From contig JANRKS010000005.1 in NCBI GenBank assembly GCA_033763315.1, forward strand, positions 205,840 to 269,839: DNA of 64,000 nucleotides, read 5' to 3'. Position numbers and translations under genes: made by a program. The stretch comes from Deltaproteobacteria bacterium (GTDB taxonomy: Bacteria > Myxococcota_A > Polyangia > Fen-1088). The notes below the pieces were generated by a model. That model had not been told where the DNA came from. It saw only the letters and a program-made list of their open reading frames with translations, and searched no databases. Below are positions 36,249-45,046 of this stretch, piece by piece (the stretch's first letter is position 1; every line of letters begins with the position of its first letter).

Positions 36249-37599
36249 ATGATTTGGTTGTGGGTGGCAATGAAGGGCTCATCAGGTCAGGGGTTAACCC
36301 CACGCCCAGCTCTTCCTCTGTGGCAGACACCCGCAAGCCAACCGTGCGTTTGAGCAAGTAGTAAATCACGGTGGCGTTGGCGGCAGCCCAGGCGAAGCAC
36401 GCCAAGGCGCCCAGCGCCTGAACGCCCAGCTGTTGCCATCGCGGCAACGGCAAAAGCTCTGCGCGCCCAAACAGCGCCACGGCCAAAGTGCCCCACACGC
36501 CGCACACGCCATGGACGGGTATCGCACCCACGGGGTCGTCGATCTTGAGCCTGTGTAACAGCAAGTCGAATCCGATGTTGTGCAGCACCCCCGCCACGGC
36601 GCCGATGGCCAGCGCCGCCATCGGCGAAACCAAGTGGCAATTGGCCGTGATGGCCACAAGGCCGCCCAAGGCGCCGCCCAGAAACTTTTCGCCCACGTCA
36701 CGGCGCCCGGGCACCGCTTGCGCGTGCGCGAAGGCAACCAAGCCTCCCATGGCCCCTGCAAGGTTGGTGTTGAGGATGATGCCCGCGACCGCGGCGTTGA
36801 GGTGCAGCGTGCTGCCGCCGTTGAATCCCCACCATCCGAACCACAAGATAAACACACCCAAAGTGGCGTAGGCCATGCTGTTGGGGCGCAGGCTGCACGC
36901 GTTGCCATGGGCGTCGAAGCGACCACGGCGTGGCCCCACCATCCATGCGCCCACGAGCGCATACCACGCCCCGTTGCTGTGAACGGCGCTTGAGCCCGCA
37001 AAGTCGATGAAGCCGAGCTTTTGCAACCAACCCGGGTTGGTGCTGTCGAAGGCGCCGCTCCAAACCCAGTGGCCGAACACCGGATAGACCACGGCCGCTT
37101 GCCACACGCAGCCGATAAGAAAGGCCGCAAAACTTGTGCGTTCCGCGAGCGCGCCCGAAACGATGGTGGTGGATGTGCTCGCAAACGCCGCTTGGAACAA
37201 GAAGAACACCAACCCCAACGCTTGCGGTGTGGCGGCATCCTTGAGCGCAAACAAGCTTGTTCCCACCAGCCCGTGCCAAGAGTGGCCGAACAGCAGAGCA
37301 AAACCGAACAGGAAGAAAAACAAACTGGTCAGAACCCAGTTAACGAGGTTCTTCATGGCGACGGACGTGCTGCTTTTCCGCTGTGCCATCCCCACTTCCA
37401 CGCACTTGAAGCCGGCTTGCATGAAGAACACCAAGGCGGCGGCCACCAGCACCCACAGCTGGTCTAATAAGGGCGCTATGGCGGCCGGGAGTGGAAGGGG
37501 CGGCACAGTCGCGGCGCTTGCCGGGGCTGTCATGGTGGAAGCCAGCAAAACGCCTGCAGCGATGGCCTGCGTCCCTCTGCGCCTTGTGTGGGAAAACAT
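36247..37599 (-). CDS. amt: Ammonium transporter (Amt/MEP/Rh family)
   Basis: Cleavable signal peptide, 11 TM helices, and signatures 'DFAGSSAVHSNGAWYALVGAWMVGPRRGRF' and 'IDDPVGAIPVHGVCGVWGTLAV' (twin-His pore motifs). Confidence 0.9.
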   Translation of the reverse strand: MFSHTRRRGTQAIAAGVLLASTMTAPASAATVPPLPLPAAIAPLLDQLWVLVAAALVFFMQAGFKCVEVGMAQRKSSTSVAMKNLVNWVLTSLFFFLFGFALLFGHSWHGLVGTSLFALKDAATPQALGLVFFLFQAAFASTSTTIVSGALAERTSFAAFLIGCVWQAAVVYPVFGHWVWSGAFDSTNPGWLQKLGFIDFAGSSAVHSNGAWYALVGAWMVGPRRGRFDAHGNACSLRPNSMAYATLGVFILWFGWWGFNGGSTLHLNAAVAGIILNTNLAGAMGGLVAFAHAQAVPGRRDVGEKFLGGALGGLVAITANCHLVSPMAALAIGAVAGVLHNIGFDLLLHRLKIDDPVGAIPVHGVCGVWGTLAVALFGRAELLPLPRWQQLGVQALGALACFAWAAANATVIYYLLKRTVGLRVSATEEELGVGLTPDLMSPSLPPTTKS

Positions 37600-37636
37600 G
37601 CGTCGGTGGCTTGAACTTCGGACGCCGTCGCGGCCG

Positions 37637-37690
37637 CCTTAAGCGCGATCGCAACAAGTTTCACAATGGAAACAAATCCTGGCCTTAAGA
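37637..37690. promoter_or_regulatory. Symmetric candidate operator in the amt / Ser-Thr-kinase divergent region: CTTAAG - N14 - GTTTC-N6-GAAAC - N11 - CTTAAG
   Basis: Palindrome GTTTCacaatgGAAAC at 37658-37673, flanked by two CTTAAG hexamers (37638-37643 and 37685-37690). It is an AT-rich island in a GC-rich intergenic region. Confidence 0.3.
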
Positions 37691-37742
37691 GCGGCGCCGC
37701 AGACCCGATGTCTCAAGGGTCAAGCTGCGTGAAGTTGGGGCC

Positions 37743-38819
37743 ATGCCGAGCAAAGGGTTTTCACCGGGCGATGTTCTGGGCGGTAAATACCGCCTGACGG
37801 AACTCGTGGGCGAGGGCGGCATGGGCAGCGTCTGGTCCGCGCGCCATCTGTTGCTCGACAGAGACTGTGCCGTGAAACTTTTGTCCCGCAATGGCGGCAG
37901 CCGCCAAAGCCAAGCTGAACGTTTCACACGCGAAGCCAAGATCGCCGCTTCGCTGCGGCACAAAAACGTCGTGGATCTCTTCGATTTCGGCGAAGCCGAG
38001 TCGGGGGACTTCTTCATGGTGATGGAGTGGCTCGAAGGGGAGTCGCTGTCAACGCGCCTGGGTCGCGCGCCCACCTTGCCCTTACGCGAGCTGATTGGGA
38101 TCTTGTCTGAAGCGCTGGCGGGGCTAGCCGCCGTGCACGAGCGCGGCATCGTTCATCGTGATTTGAAACCCGAGAACATCTTCTTGGCCAAGGAAGATGG
38201 CGAGGTGATACCGAAGCTGCTCGACTTCGGCGTGTCACGCTTGCGGCGCGGCCTCGAAGGCCCATCGTTGACGGGCACGGGCAGCACGGTGGGCACGCCC
38301 CATTACATGTCTTCGGAGCAGGTGCGCGGCGCTCGCGATCTGGATGGTCGTGCGGATCTTTACAGCATCGGCGTGATCCTGTTTCGCAGCGTGATGGCGC
38401 GGTTTCCGTTTGAGGCCGAAGAGTTGACCGACCTGCTTTTGCAATTGGCCAATCAACCCGCGCCACGTTTGGTGCCCTTGCGGCTTGAAACGGGTGAAGG
38501 CTTATCCGCCGTAATCGATCGCGCGCTTTCGCGCGACCGCAATGACCGTTTTAGCAACGCTTACGAAATGAGGCGCGCGCTGTTGGCCACCTTGGATGCC
38601 GTGTCCCCCACAGTGCCGTGCCAATGGCGCCGCAGCGAAAGCGAATTGCCCTTTGATTCGCCCACGCAAAATTCGCCTTATCCTTGGCGCCACACACCCG
38701 GCGCTGATGCGGCCGGCCTCACCGCACGCCCTTTGTGGCTCAACCAGTGGCGCCGCTTGATACCGTTGGGTTTGGCGGCCTTGGTGGTGGGCGCCGCGTG
38801 GTTGCTCACGTCCCGGTAA
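37743..38819 (+). CDS. Membrane-anchored Ser/Thr protein kinase (Hanks type)
   Basis: 'GEGGMGSVWSA' (Gly loop), 'AVK' (Lys), 'VHRDLKPENIFL' (catalytic loop), 'DFGVSR', 'GTPHYMSSEQ', and a C-terminal TM 'LIPLGLAALVVGAAWLL'. Confidence 0.9.
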   Translation: MPSKGFSPGDVLGGKYRLTELVGEGGMGSVWSARHLLLDRDCAVKLLSRNGGSRQSQAERFTREAKIAASLRHKNVVDLFDFGEAESGDFFMVMEWLEGESLSTRLGRAPTLPLRELIGILSEALAGLAAVHERGIVHRDLKPENIFLAKEDGEVIPKLLDFGVSRLRRGLEGPSLTGTGSTVGTPHYMSSEQVRGARDLDGRADLYSIGVILFRSVMARFPFEAEELTDLLLQLANQPAPRLVPLRLETGEGLSAVIDRALSRDRNDRFSNAYEMRRALLATLDAVSPTVPCQWRRSESELPFDSPTQNSPYPWRHTPGADAAGLTARPLWLNQWRRLIPLGLAALVVGAAWLLTSR

Positions 38820-38984
38820 CCTCGTGGCGTGGCGACCCAACCGTTTGTCGCACTCTCGGATTCATCAGTTACACTGCGGGCGGTGCCAGTTCCTGTGTTC
38901 GACGATATGGCCTTGGCGCGTGGGTACACCAACGTAGCCGCGGTGCCGCTTCAGACCGCGATGTGGGCCTGCCAAAGGGCTCGT

Positions 38985-40481
38985 ATGATTGGCGCTTGGC
39001 GTGCGGCGTTCGTTGTGCTGTGGCTTTTTGCGGCCGCACCTGTCGCCGTGGCGCAATCGCTTGATCGTGATCAGGGCCCCTCCGTTGTCACGCCCGATGC
39101 GGGGGACGACGCTGGCCGGGTTGTCCCCACCTTAGCGCCACCACAAACACGCAGCGAGGCGGCTGTTTCGAGCACCACGCAGCAAACCCCCGCGCCGCCC
39201 CCCTCTGTGCCACCCACGCAACGTGGTGGCGTGATTCGCACCATTTTGGGGATCTTGGCTTTGTTGGCGTTGGCCTACCTCGGTGGCCATCCCAAGGTCC
39301 GCGCGTGGGAAGAGAAATTGGGCATCTCACAGATGATCGCTGCGGGCTTTCCCTTCGTTGTGTTGGGGATGATCGCGCACCTGCCGTCCGTGGGCGTGTT
39401 GACCGACGACGTCTTGGTGGAACTTGATCCACTTTTGCACGTGGGCCTCGGCTGCATCGGTTTCGTGTTCGGGTTTCGCTTCGACTTGCGCACGTTGCGC
39501 CTGTTTCCGCAGGGCTCCGAGCGCTTGGTGTTTTTCTCGATCCTGTTTCCGTTCACGCTGGTGTGGGCGCTCTCCGCGGTTGTGTTGGCGCTGGTCTCCC
39601 CGCCGCAGGACGCATCGATCTTCTCGGGCCCCCTGTTCGTGCGCGACGCTGTGATCTTGGGCACCGCCGCGGCGATGTCGGCCAGCACGGCAAAGCGCTG
39701 GTACAAACTTGGCAAAGCCAGCCGCCTGAGTGTGCTTGTGGTGCGCGTGGAGGAGTTCGTTGGTGTGGTGGGCTTGGCGTTGGTGGCTGCGTATTTTCGG
39801 CCGCAAAACGCGCTTTCGTCGTGGCAGCTGCCCGGCACCGCGTGGTTGTTGTTGTCGGTGGGCCTGGGCGCCACCTTGGCGCTGCTGACGTTCGCGATCT
39901 TGCAAACCGCTTCGCGCGGGCCCGAATTCCTCGTGCTTTCGTTGGGTGTGATCGCGTTTGCCGCGGGTGCTTCGGGCTACCTGCACTTGTCGTCGGTGGT
40001 GGTTACGTTTATCGCTGGGGCGCTTTTGAATGCGTTCCCGGGCGAATACCACACGCGCTTGCGCGACACGCTTCGGCGCCTTGAGCACCCCATTTTGCTG
40101 CTGTCGTTGGTGATCATTGGTGCCTTGTGGCAGCTGTCTGATTGGCGTGGCTGGCTGCTGATGCCCGTGTTCGGGTGCGCGCGGTTGGCAGGCAAGTGGT
40201 GGGCCACCAATCCCTTAATGTTGTCGCAAGAGCACATGGCGCTTAGCAACGATGAACGATACGCGCTTGGCCTTTCACCGATGGGCACCTTGGCGATCGC
40301 CATCGTGATCAACGCCAAGGTGCTTTATCCCGGTGATTCGATCTCGCTGATCGTTTCGGCTGTGTTAGGAGGCGGGGTGCTTACGGAGATCTTCGTGCAG
40401 CGTGTGCACCGCAGACACAGCGCGCGCCTGCGCAACGAACGCCCATCGCCGCCACCTGTGACCCTGGGAGGTGTGCCATGA
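38985..40481 (+). CDS. Cation:proton antiporter-family membrane protein (CPA/Na+-H+ exchanger-like) with signal peptide and Pro-rich periplasmic N-terminus
   Basis: ATG at 38985 gives signal 'MIGAWRAAFVVLWLFAAAPVAVAQS', followed by 'PPQTRSEAAVSSTTQQTPAPPPSVPP' and then 11-12 TM helices with a CPA-like profile. The stop overlaps the next gene (ATGA). Confidence 0.6.
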   Translation: MIGAWRAAFVVLWLFAAAPVAVAQSLDRDQGPSVVTPDAGDDAGRVVPTLAPPQTRSEAAVSSTTQQTPAPPPSVPPTQRGGVIRTILGILALLALAYLGGHPKVRAWEEKLGISQMIAAGFPFVVLGMIAHLPSVGVLTDDVLVELDPLLHVGLGCIGFVFGFRFDLRTLRLFPQGSERLVFFSILFPFTLVWALSAVVLALVSPPQDASIFSGPLFVRDAVILGTAAAMSASTAKRWYKLGKASRLSVLVVRVEEFVGVVGLALVAAYFRPQNALSSWQLPGTAWLLLSVGLGATLALLTFAILQTASRGPEFLVLSLGVIAFAAGASGYLHLSSVVVTFIAGALLNAFPGEYHTRLRDTLRRLEHPILLLSLVIIGALWQLSDWRGWLLMPVFGCARLAGKWWATNPLMLSQEHMALSNDERYALGLSPMGTLAIAIVINAKVLYPGDSISLIVSAVLGGGVLTEIFVQRVHRRHSARLRNERPSPPPVTLGGVP

Positions 40482-41824
40482 ACCTGGTCCTGGTGTTCGC
40501 GCTGGCGGGCCTCATGCAGGCCATCCGATCGTTTCAAGCGCCCCACCTGGGCGAGGGCTTCGGCACCACGCTGGCTTTCGGTTATTTGCTGCTCACCGCG
40601 TACTTTGCAGGCACGCTGTTCAAGGCGGCGCGTTTGCCAAAGCTTACGGGCTACATCGCGGCAGGCATTGTGGCGGGCCCGGCGGTCTTGGGCTTTTTGA
40701 CCGAGTCGATGGTGCAAAGCTTGAAGATCGTCAACGGTGTGGCCATCGCGCTCATAGCGATGACGGCTGGCCTCGAACTTGAATTTCGCGAGATGCGGCC
40801 CTTTATGCGGACCATCCTATGGATCACGGGCGTGGCCGTCACAGGCACCACGCTTTTGCTTGCCACAGCGGTGTTCTTCGCGCGGCCCTTGCTGCCGTTC
40901 ATGGCCGGCCTCGGCAGCCTTGAAGCGATGATGATTGCGTTGGTGCTGGGCGTGGTGATGGTGGCGCAGTCGCCTGCGGTGGTTATAGCGTTGCGCGATG
41001 AAACACAGGCCGAAGGCCCTGTGTCGCGCACGGTGCTGGGGGTGGTGGTGATCGCTGACCTGGCTGTGATCTTGTTGTTCGCGATCACCTCATCGGTCGC
41101 CAAGGCGTTCTTGGGCCAAGGCGCCAATGTGGGGGCCACGGTACGTTCGGTCGCTTGGGAGTTGTTTGGCTCCATGGGCGTTGGTGTGTTGATCGGCCTG
41201 CTGTTGGCCGTCTACACGCGCAAGGTGAAAGGGGGGGCGGGGCTGTTTTTACTGGCGGTGTCTTTCATTGTGGCGGAGGTGGGCCAGCGCCTGCATTTGG
41301 ATCCATTGCTGGTGGCGCTGGCGGCCGGCATTTTGATTCGCAACGCCACCCAGGCGGCGCCCGAGATTCACCACCAAATCGAAGCGTTCAGCCTGCCAAT
41401 CTATGTGTTGTTCTTCGCGGTGGCAGGCGCGAATCTGCATTTGAGCGTCTTGGCCACTGTGGGCATTCCCGCCGTCTTGTTTGTGGTGGTTCGCGGCATA
41501 GGCCTTTACTACGGCACGCGCGTGGCCACCGCATTGGCCCGTGCACCACGGGACGTTCAGCGGTTTGCCGGCTTCGGCTTGTTGCCACAAGCGGGGCTCG
41601 CCCTGGCGCTGTCGATGTTGTTCGCGAAAACTTTTCCGGAATTTGGCGACGCGGGTGCCCTGACCTTGGGTGTTGTGGCGTTAAACGAATTGATTGCGCC
41701 CGTTATCTTCCGTGCCGCGCTCGTTCGCAGCGGCGAAGCTGGAAAATTGGCGCCATCGTCCCAGCCTGAGCTGGTGGGGGGCGATGAATCGGGCCTTGTG
41801 GATCTGGGGCCTGAAAAAGCCTAG
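40478..41824 (+). CDS. Cation:proton antiporter (Na_H_Exchanger family, CPA1/CPA2)
   Basis: 'LAFGYLLLTAYFAGTLFKAARLPKLTGYIAAGIVAGPAVLGFL' (TM1-2), 'GLELEFREMRP', and 12 TM helices typical of KefB/NhaP-like exchangers. Confidence 0.75.
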   Translation: MNLVLVFALAGLMQAIRSFQAPHLGEGFGTTLAFGYLLLTAYFAGTLFKAARLPKLTGYIAAGIVAGPAVLGFLTESMVQSLKIVNGVAIALIAMTAGLELEFREMRPFMRTILWITGVAVTGTTLLLATAVFFARPLLPFMAGLGSLEAMMIALVLGVVMVAQSPAVVIALRDETQAEGPVSRTVLGVVVIADLAVILLFAITSSVAKAFLGQGANVGATVRSVAWELFGSMGVGVLIGLLLAVYTRKVKGGAGLFLLAVSFIVAEVGQRLHLDPLLVALAAGILIRNATQAAPEIHHQIEAFSLPIYVLFFAVAGANLHLSVLATVGIPAVLFVVVRGIGLYYGTRVATALARAPRDVQRFAGFGLLPQAGLALALSMLFAKTFPEFGDAGALTLGVVALNELIAPVIFRAALVRSGEAGKLAPSSQPELVGGDESGLVDLGPEKA

Positions 41825-41884
41825 CGGTGCCTGGCGCGGGGGAGTCCTGTGGCGCTGGCGCTGCGTCAGCCCTATAATGCGTTC

Positions 41885-42295
41885 ATGATCAACCAACGCA
41901 AACTGCTCTTCGCCGTGATGGCGTGGGTGTTGCCGTTGGTGATGTTGGCGTCGTGGTCGGCGCAAGCCGCGGGCATGTTCTGCCGCGCGGAGGGGGCTGT
42001 GGTTCGCAGCGGTTGCTGTTGTGGCGCTGATACAAACATTAAGCCCATCATGCCCTTGCCGGACGCAGAGCTCAGCGACGCCGGCTGCTGTGAAGTCACA
42101 GCGTCGCAGGCCCCCGTGGCTGTGCCCATGGCGCCGCCTGTGCTGAAGAGCGTTCCGCCTGTGTTGGCGGTTTTGTGTGCGCGGTTGCTCGTGCCCGAGC
42201 CGGCTGTGGTGCCGCCCGGTGGCTGGTCCCGCGCCGAAGCGCCGCGTGCACAGGGGCAGCCGCTGACGCTGTTAAAGCACGCCTTCTTGATCTGA
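41885..42295 (+). CDS. Small secreted Cys-rich protein encoded immediately upstream of the HME-RND efflux operon
   Basis: Signal peptide 'MINQRKLLFAVMAWVLPLVMLASWSAQAAG'. The mature part contains 'MFCRAEGAVVRSGCCCGAD' and 'DAGCCEVT' cysteine clusters and a Pro/Val-rich tail. Confidence 0.4.
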   Translation: MINQRKLLFAVMAWVLPLVMLASWSAQAAGMFCRAEGAVVRSGCCCGADTNIKPIMPLPDAELSDAGCCEVTASQAPVAVPMAPPVLKSVPPVLAVLCARLLVPEPAVVPPGGWSRAEAPRAQGQPLTLLKHAFLI

Positions 42296-42404
42296 TACGC
42301 CGCCCGAGGTGGGGTGCGTGCGTGTGCCTTGGCCGCGCCGCGCTCTAGGTGATTGTTGCTTGATTGGCGCGCGAGCCGTGCGCCTTGTGAACCTTGGGTG
42401 CTGC

Positions 42405-43706
42405 ATGTGTCGTTGTTCTTTCCGTTGTTCTTGCTGGGTTGCGCTTGCGTGTGCGTTGATCGTGTCTTCTGCTCGTGCCGAACCGGCTGACGAGGCGCTG
42501 GCGGCGCAAGTGCGGTTGGCGGATGTGGTGGCTTTGGCGGTGGCGCGCAGCCCCTCGCTTTCGGAGCTCCGGCAGAAGCAGGCGGCCAGCTTGGCTGATA
42601 GCCGCGCGGCCACGCATATGCCCGAGCCCCAGTTCAAATACGAGCAGTGGTCGGTGCCGCTGCGCAAACCGTGGGCTTTGAACCAGGCGGGCGCGTTGAT
42701 GGTGGGTCTGCAGCAGGTGATTCCGCCGGCGGGCACATTGAGCGCGCGCGCCGATGCACAGACCGCGCAGGTGGAAGTGTTGCGCCACAACGAAAGCATG
42801 AAGCGCTTGGAGGTGGCCGCACAAGCCGAGAGGGCCTTTGCCGCCTATTACCAAGGCTTTCATCAGCTGGCGTTGCACAACGAACACTCAGAACTAGTGG
42901 CCAAGCTGCTTGAACTAGCGCGCGTGGCTTATCAGTCAGGCGTGCGGTCGCAACAAGATGTGGTGCGGCTTGGCCTCGAAATCTCGCGCGTTCATGAAAC
43001 GTTGGTGCATATGAATCCGGAACTCGAATCCTCACGCGCTCTGTTGAACACATTGATGGCCAGGCCCGTGGACGCACCGCTGGGGCCGCCCGCAGAAATC
43101 GATGTGCAGGCGTTGCGAAAGGATGTGGTGATCGGCGCAGATCCCGCGCTGGGGCGGCCCGATGTGCGCATGGCCGAAGCGCAGGTGAAAGGCAGCCAAG
43201 CGATGGTGGCGGAGGCCCACCACAACGCAAACCGGCCCATGGTGATGGTGGGGCTCGATTACATGTACATGCCGCAAGACATGTATCAACACACGTATGG
43301 CGGCATGGTGGCCTTTGGATTGCCCTGGCTGAACCCGGGCCGCAAAGAAGAAGCTAAGGCCGCGCAACACCGCTTGAACGCCGACAAAGACGCGCTTCGG
43401 GCCGCGGCACTGGCGGCGCGTTTCGAGGTGCGCGACGCCCAGCTCCGGCTGCAATCCGCACGTGCTTCTTATGATGTTCTAAACAACGACGTTGTGCTGC
43501 AGGCGCAGCGCAATTTGGACACCGCGCGATCCATGTATGCCGCCGGCCAATCAGACGCCTCGGCGTTGCTCGATGCTGCCCGCCTTTATCTCGAAGTGCG
43601 CATCGACCGCGTTCGATCGTTGGCGCATCTGCAAGAGGCGATGGCTGATTTGAACCGCGCCTTGGCCTCAACAACGCAAGCCCACGCTGGGGAGACACAC
43701 CGATGA
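42405..43706 (+). CDS. Outer-membrane efflux protein (TolC/CzcC/CusC-like OMF)
   Basis: Signal peptide; two OEP repeat halves with characteristic 'LLNTLMARP...', 'RLGLEISRVHETLVHMNPELESSRALL' and 'ASALLDAARLYLEVRIDRVRSLAHLQEAMADLNRAL'. The start is uncertain (ATG at 42405, within the ORF from 42309). Confidence 0.75.
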   Translation: MCRCSFRCSCWVALACALIVSSARAEPADEALAAQVRLADVVALAVARSPSLSELRQKQAASLADSRAATHMPEPQFKYEQWSVPLRKPWALNQAGALMVGLQQVIPPAGTLSARADAQTAQVEVLRHNESMKRLEVAAQAERAFAAYYQGFHQLALHNEHSELVAKLLELARVAYQSGVRSQQDVVRLGLEISRVHETLVHMNPELESSRALLNTLMARPVDAPLGPPAEIDVQALRKDVVIGADPALGRPDVRMAEAQVKGSQAMVAEAHHNANRPMVMVGLDYMYMPQDMYQHTYGGMVAFGLPWLNPGRKEEAKAAQHRLNADKDALRAAALAARFEVRDAQLRLQSARASYDVLNNDVVLQAQRNLDTARSMYAAGQSDASALLDAARLYLEVRIDRVRSLAHLQEAMADLNRALASTTQAHAGETHR

Positions 43707-45046
43707 ACGCGACGAACGAATTTCAGCAAGGCCATGAAGCGCCTCCCCCGGGGGTGCGGTTCATGGCGGTGTTTCGCTGGCTGCTGGTGTTGGCCATGGC
43801 GGGCGTGGCCGTGTTCGCGGTGGCCCGCTATGTGAGGTCAGGTGACGGTGAGACGGAAGCGGGGGCCACCAAACGGCTTTACCAGTGCCCCATGCACCCG
43901 CAGATCATTTCGCCGCAGCCGGGGGAATGTCCGATCTGCGGCATGACGCTGGTTCTGGTCAAAGAAGACGATCACAAACACGACACGAATCCATCCGCCG
44001 TAAAGGGCTTGGTGCCAATTCAGCTCACGGCGGAACGCATTCAGACGATCGGCGTGAAAACGGCCAAGGCTTCACTTCGCGACGTGCCCAACCAATTGCG
44101 CACCGTGGGGCTGCTGGAGGCGAATGAACGAGGGCGTGTGGCCGTCGTGGCGCGCTTCTCGGGTTTCGTTGAAGCGCTCTACGTGAATGAAACGGGGCAG
44201 GCCGTGGTCAAGGGGCAACCGATTGCCAAGATCTACAGCCCCGAGGTCTTGCAAGCTCAAGAAGAGTTTTTAAACGCACAGCAGTGGAACACTCCCGGTG
44301 CCGCTGGGACAACCGGCGGGGGCGGGCCCACGCATCCAGGCCACGTGCAAATGTCATCGGATTTGCTGCACGACGCCCGTCGCCGGCTTGAGCTTTTGGG
44401 GTTGGCTCCGCAAGACATCGACGACATCGCCGCGCGCAAACAGACGCAAGCCACAGTGCTATTGCGTGCGCCTTCTTCGGGTTCAGTGATCTCAAAAAAT
44501 ATTCTTTCAGGTGCCGCGATCGAACGTGGCGCGCAGCTGCTGGAGATCGCTGATCTGTCGGTATTGTGGCTCATCGCGGACGTGTACGAAGGCGATCTGG
44601 CTCGCGTGAAGCTGGGCAACCCAGCCACGTTCAACACGGCTGCATTTGCAGGCGAGTCATTCCTGGCCAAGGTGCAGTTTGTATATCCCACTGTTGATGC
44701 GGCCGCGCGCACCTTGCGGGTGCGTTTGGAGCTGCGCAATCCCAAAAGCGCCAACGGTGTGAAGTTGCGCCCAGGGATGTACGGTGACGTTGTCATCGAA
44801 ACAGCATCCGCCCAAGCGTTGATGGTGCCCGCAGAAGCGGCGGTTGATACGGGTAACGCGCAATACGTGTTCATCGCTGAGAGCGACGGCCGTTTCACCC
44901 CACAACCCGTGAAACTTGGCGCGCGTCGGGGCGATTTTGTTGAAGTCATCGAAGGCTTAAAACCCGACCAGGAGGTGGTGACCACGGCCAACTTCCTGTT
45001 GGATTCGGAAAGCCGCCTGCAAGCGGCGGTGCGAGGCCAAAAATGA
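43703..45046 (+). CDS. Efflux RND periplasmic adaptor (CzcB/CusB-like MFP) with N-terminal CPMHP metal-binding motif
   Basis: 'LYQCPMHPQIISPQPGECPICGMTL' (heavy-metal-binding motif of HME adaptors), TM anchor, and biotinyl/lipoyl-like and beta-barrel regions ('GMYGDVVIE'). Overlaps neighbours by ATGA on both sides. Confidence 0.85.
   Translation: MNATNEFQQGHEAPPPGVRFMAVFRWLLVLAMAGVAVFAVARYVRSGDGETEAGATKRLYQCPMHPQIISPQPGECPICGMTLVLVKEDDHKHDTNPSAVKGLVPIQLTAERIQTIGVKTAKASLRDVPNQLRTVGLLEANERGRVAVVARFSGFVEALYVNETGQAVVKGQPIAKIYSPEVLQAQEEFLNAQQWNTPGAAGTTGGGGPTHPGHVQMSSDLLHDARRRLELLGLAPQDIDDIAARKQTQATVLLRAPSSGSVISKNILSGAAIERGAQLLEIADLSVLWLIADVYEGDLARVKLGNPATFNTAAFAGESFLAKVQFVYPTVDAAARTLRVRLELRNPKSANGVKLRPGMYGDVVIETASAQALMVPAEAAVDTGNAQYVFIAESDGRFTPQPVKLGARRGDFVEVIEGLKPDQEVVTTANFLLDSESRLQAAVRGQK

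Noticed and set aside
36287-37301. Minus-strand alternative-frame ORFs inside amt (36287-36640, 36366-37301)
   Set aside because: These are shadow frames of a highly conserved Amt coding sequence.
38829-38984. Longer N-terminal extension (GTG at 38829) for the first CPA-like antiporter
   Set aside because: The ATG at 38985 produces a canonical signal peptide (MIGAWRAAFVVLWLFAAAPVAVAQS), whereas the extension is hydrophilic and has no RBS. It is kept as an alternative because the extension would abut the kinase stop.
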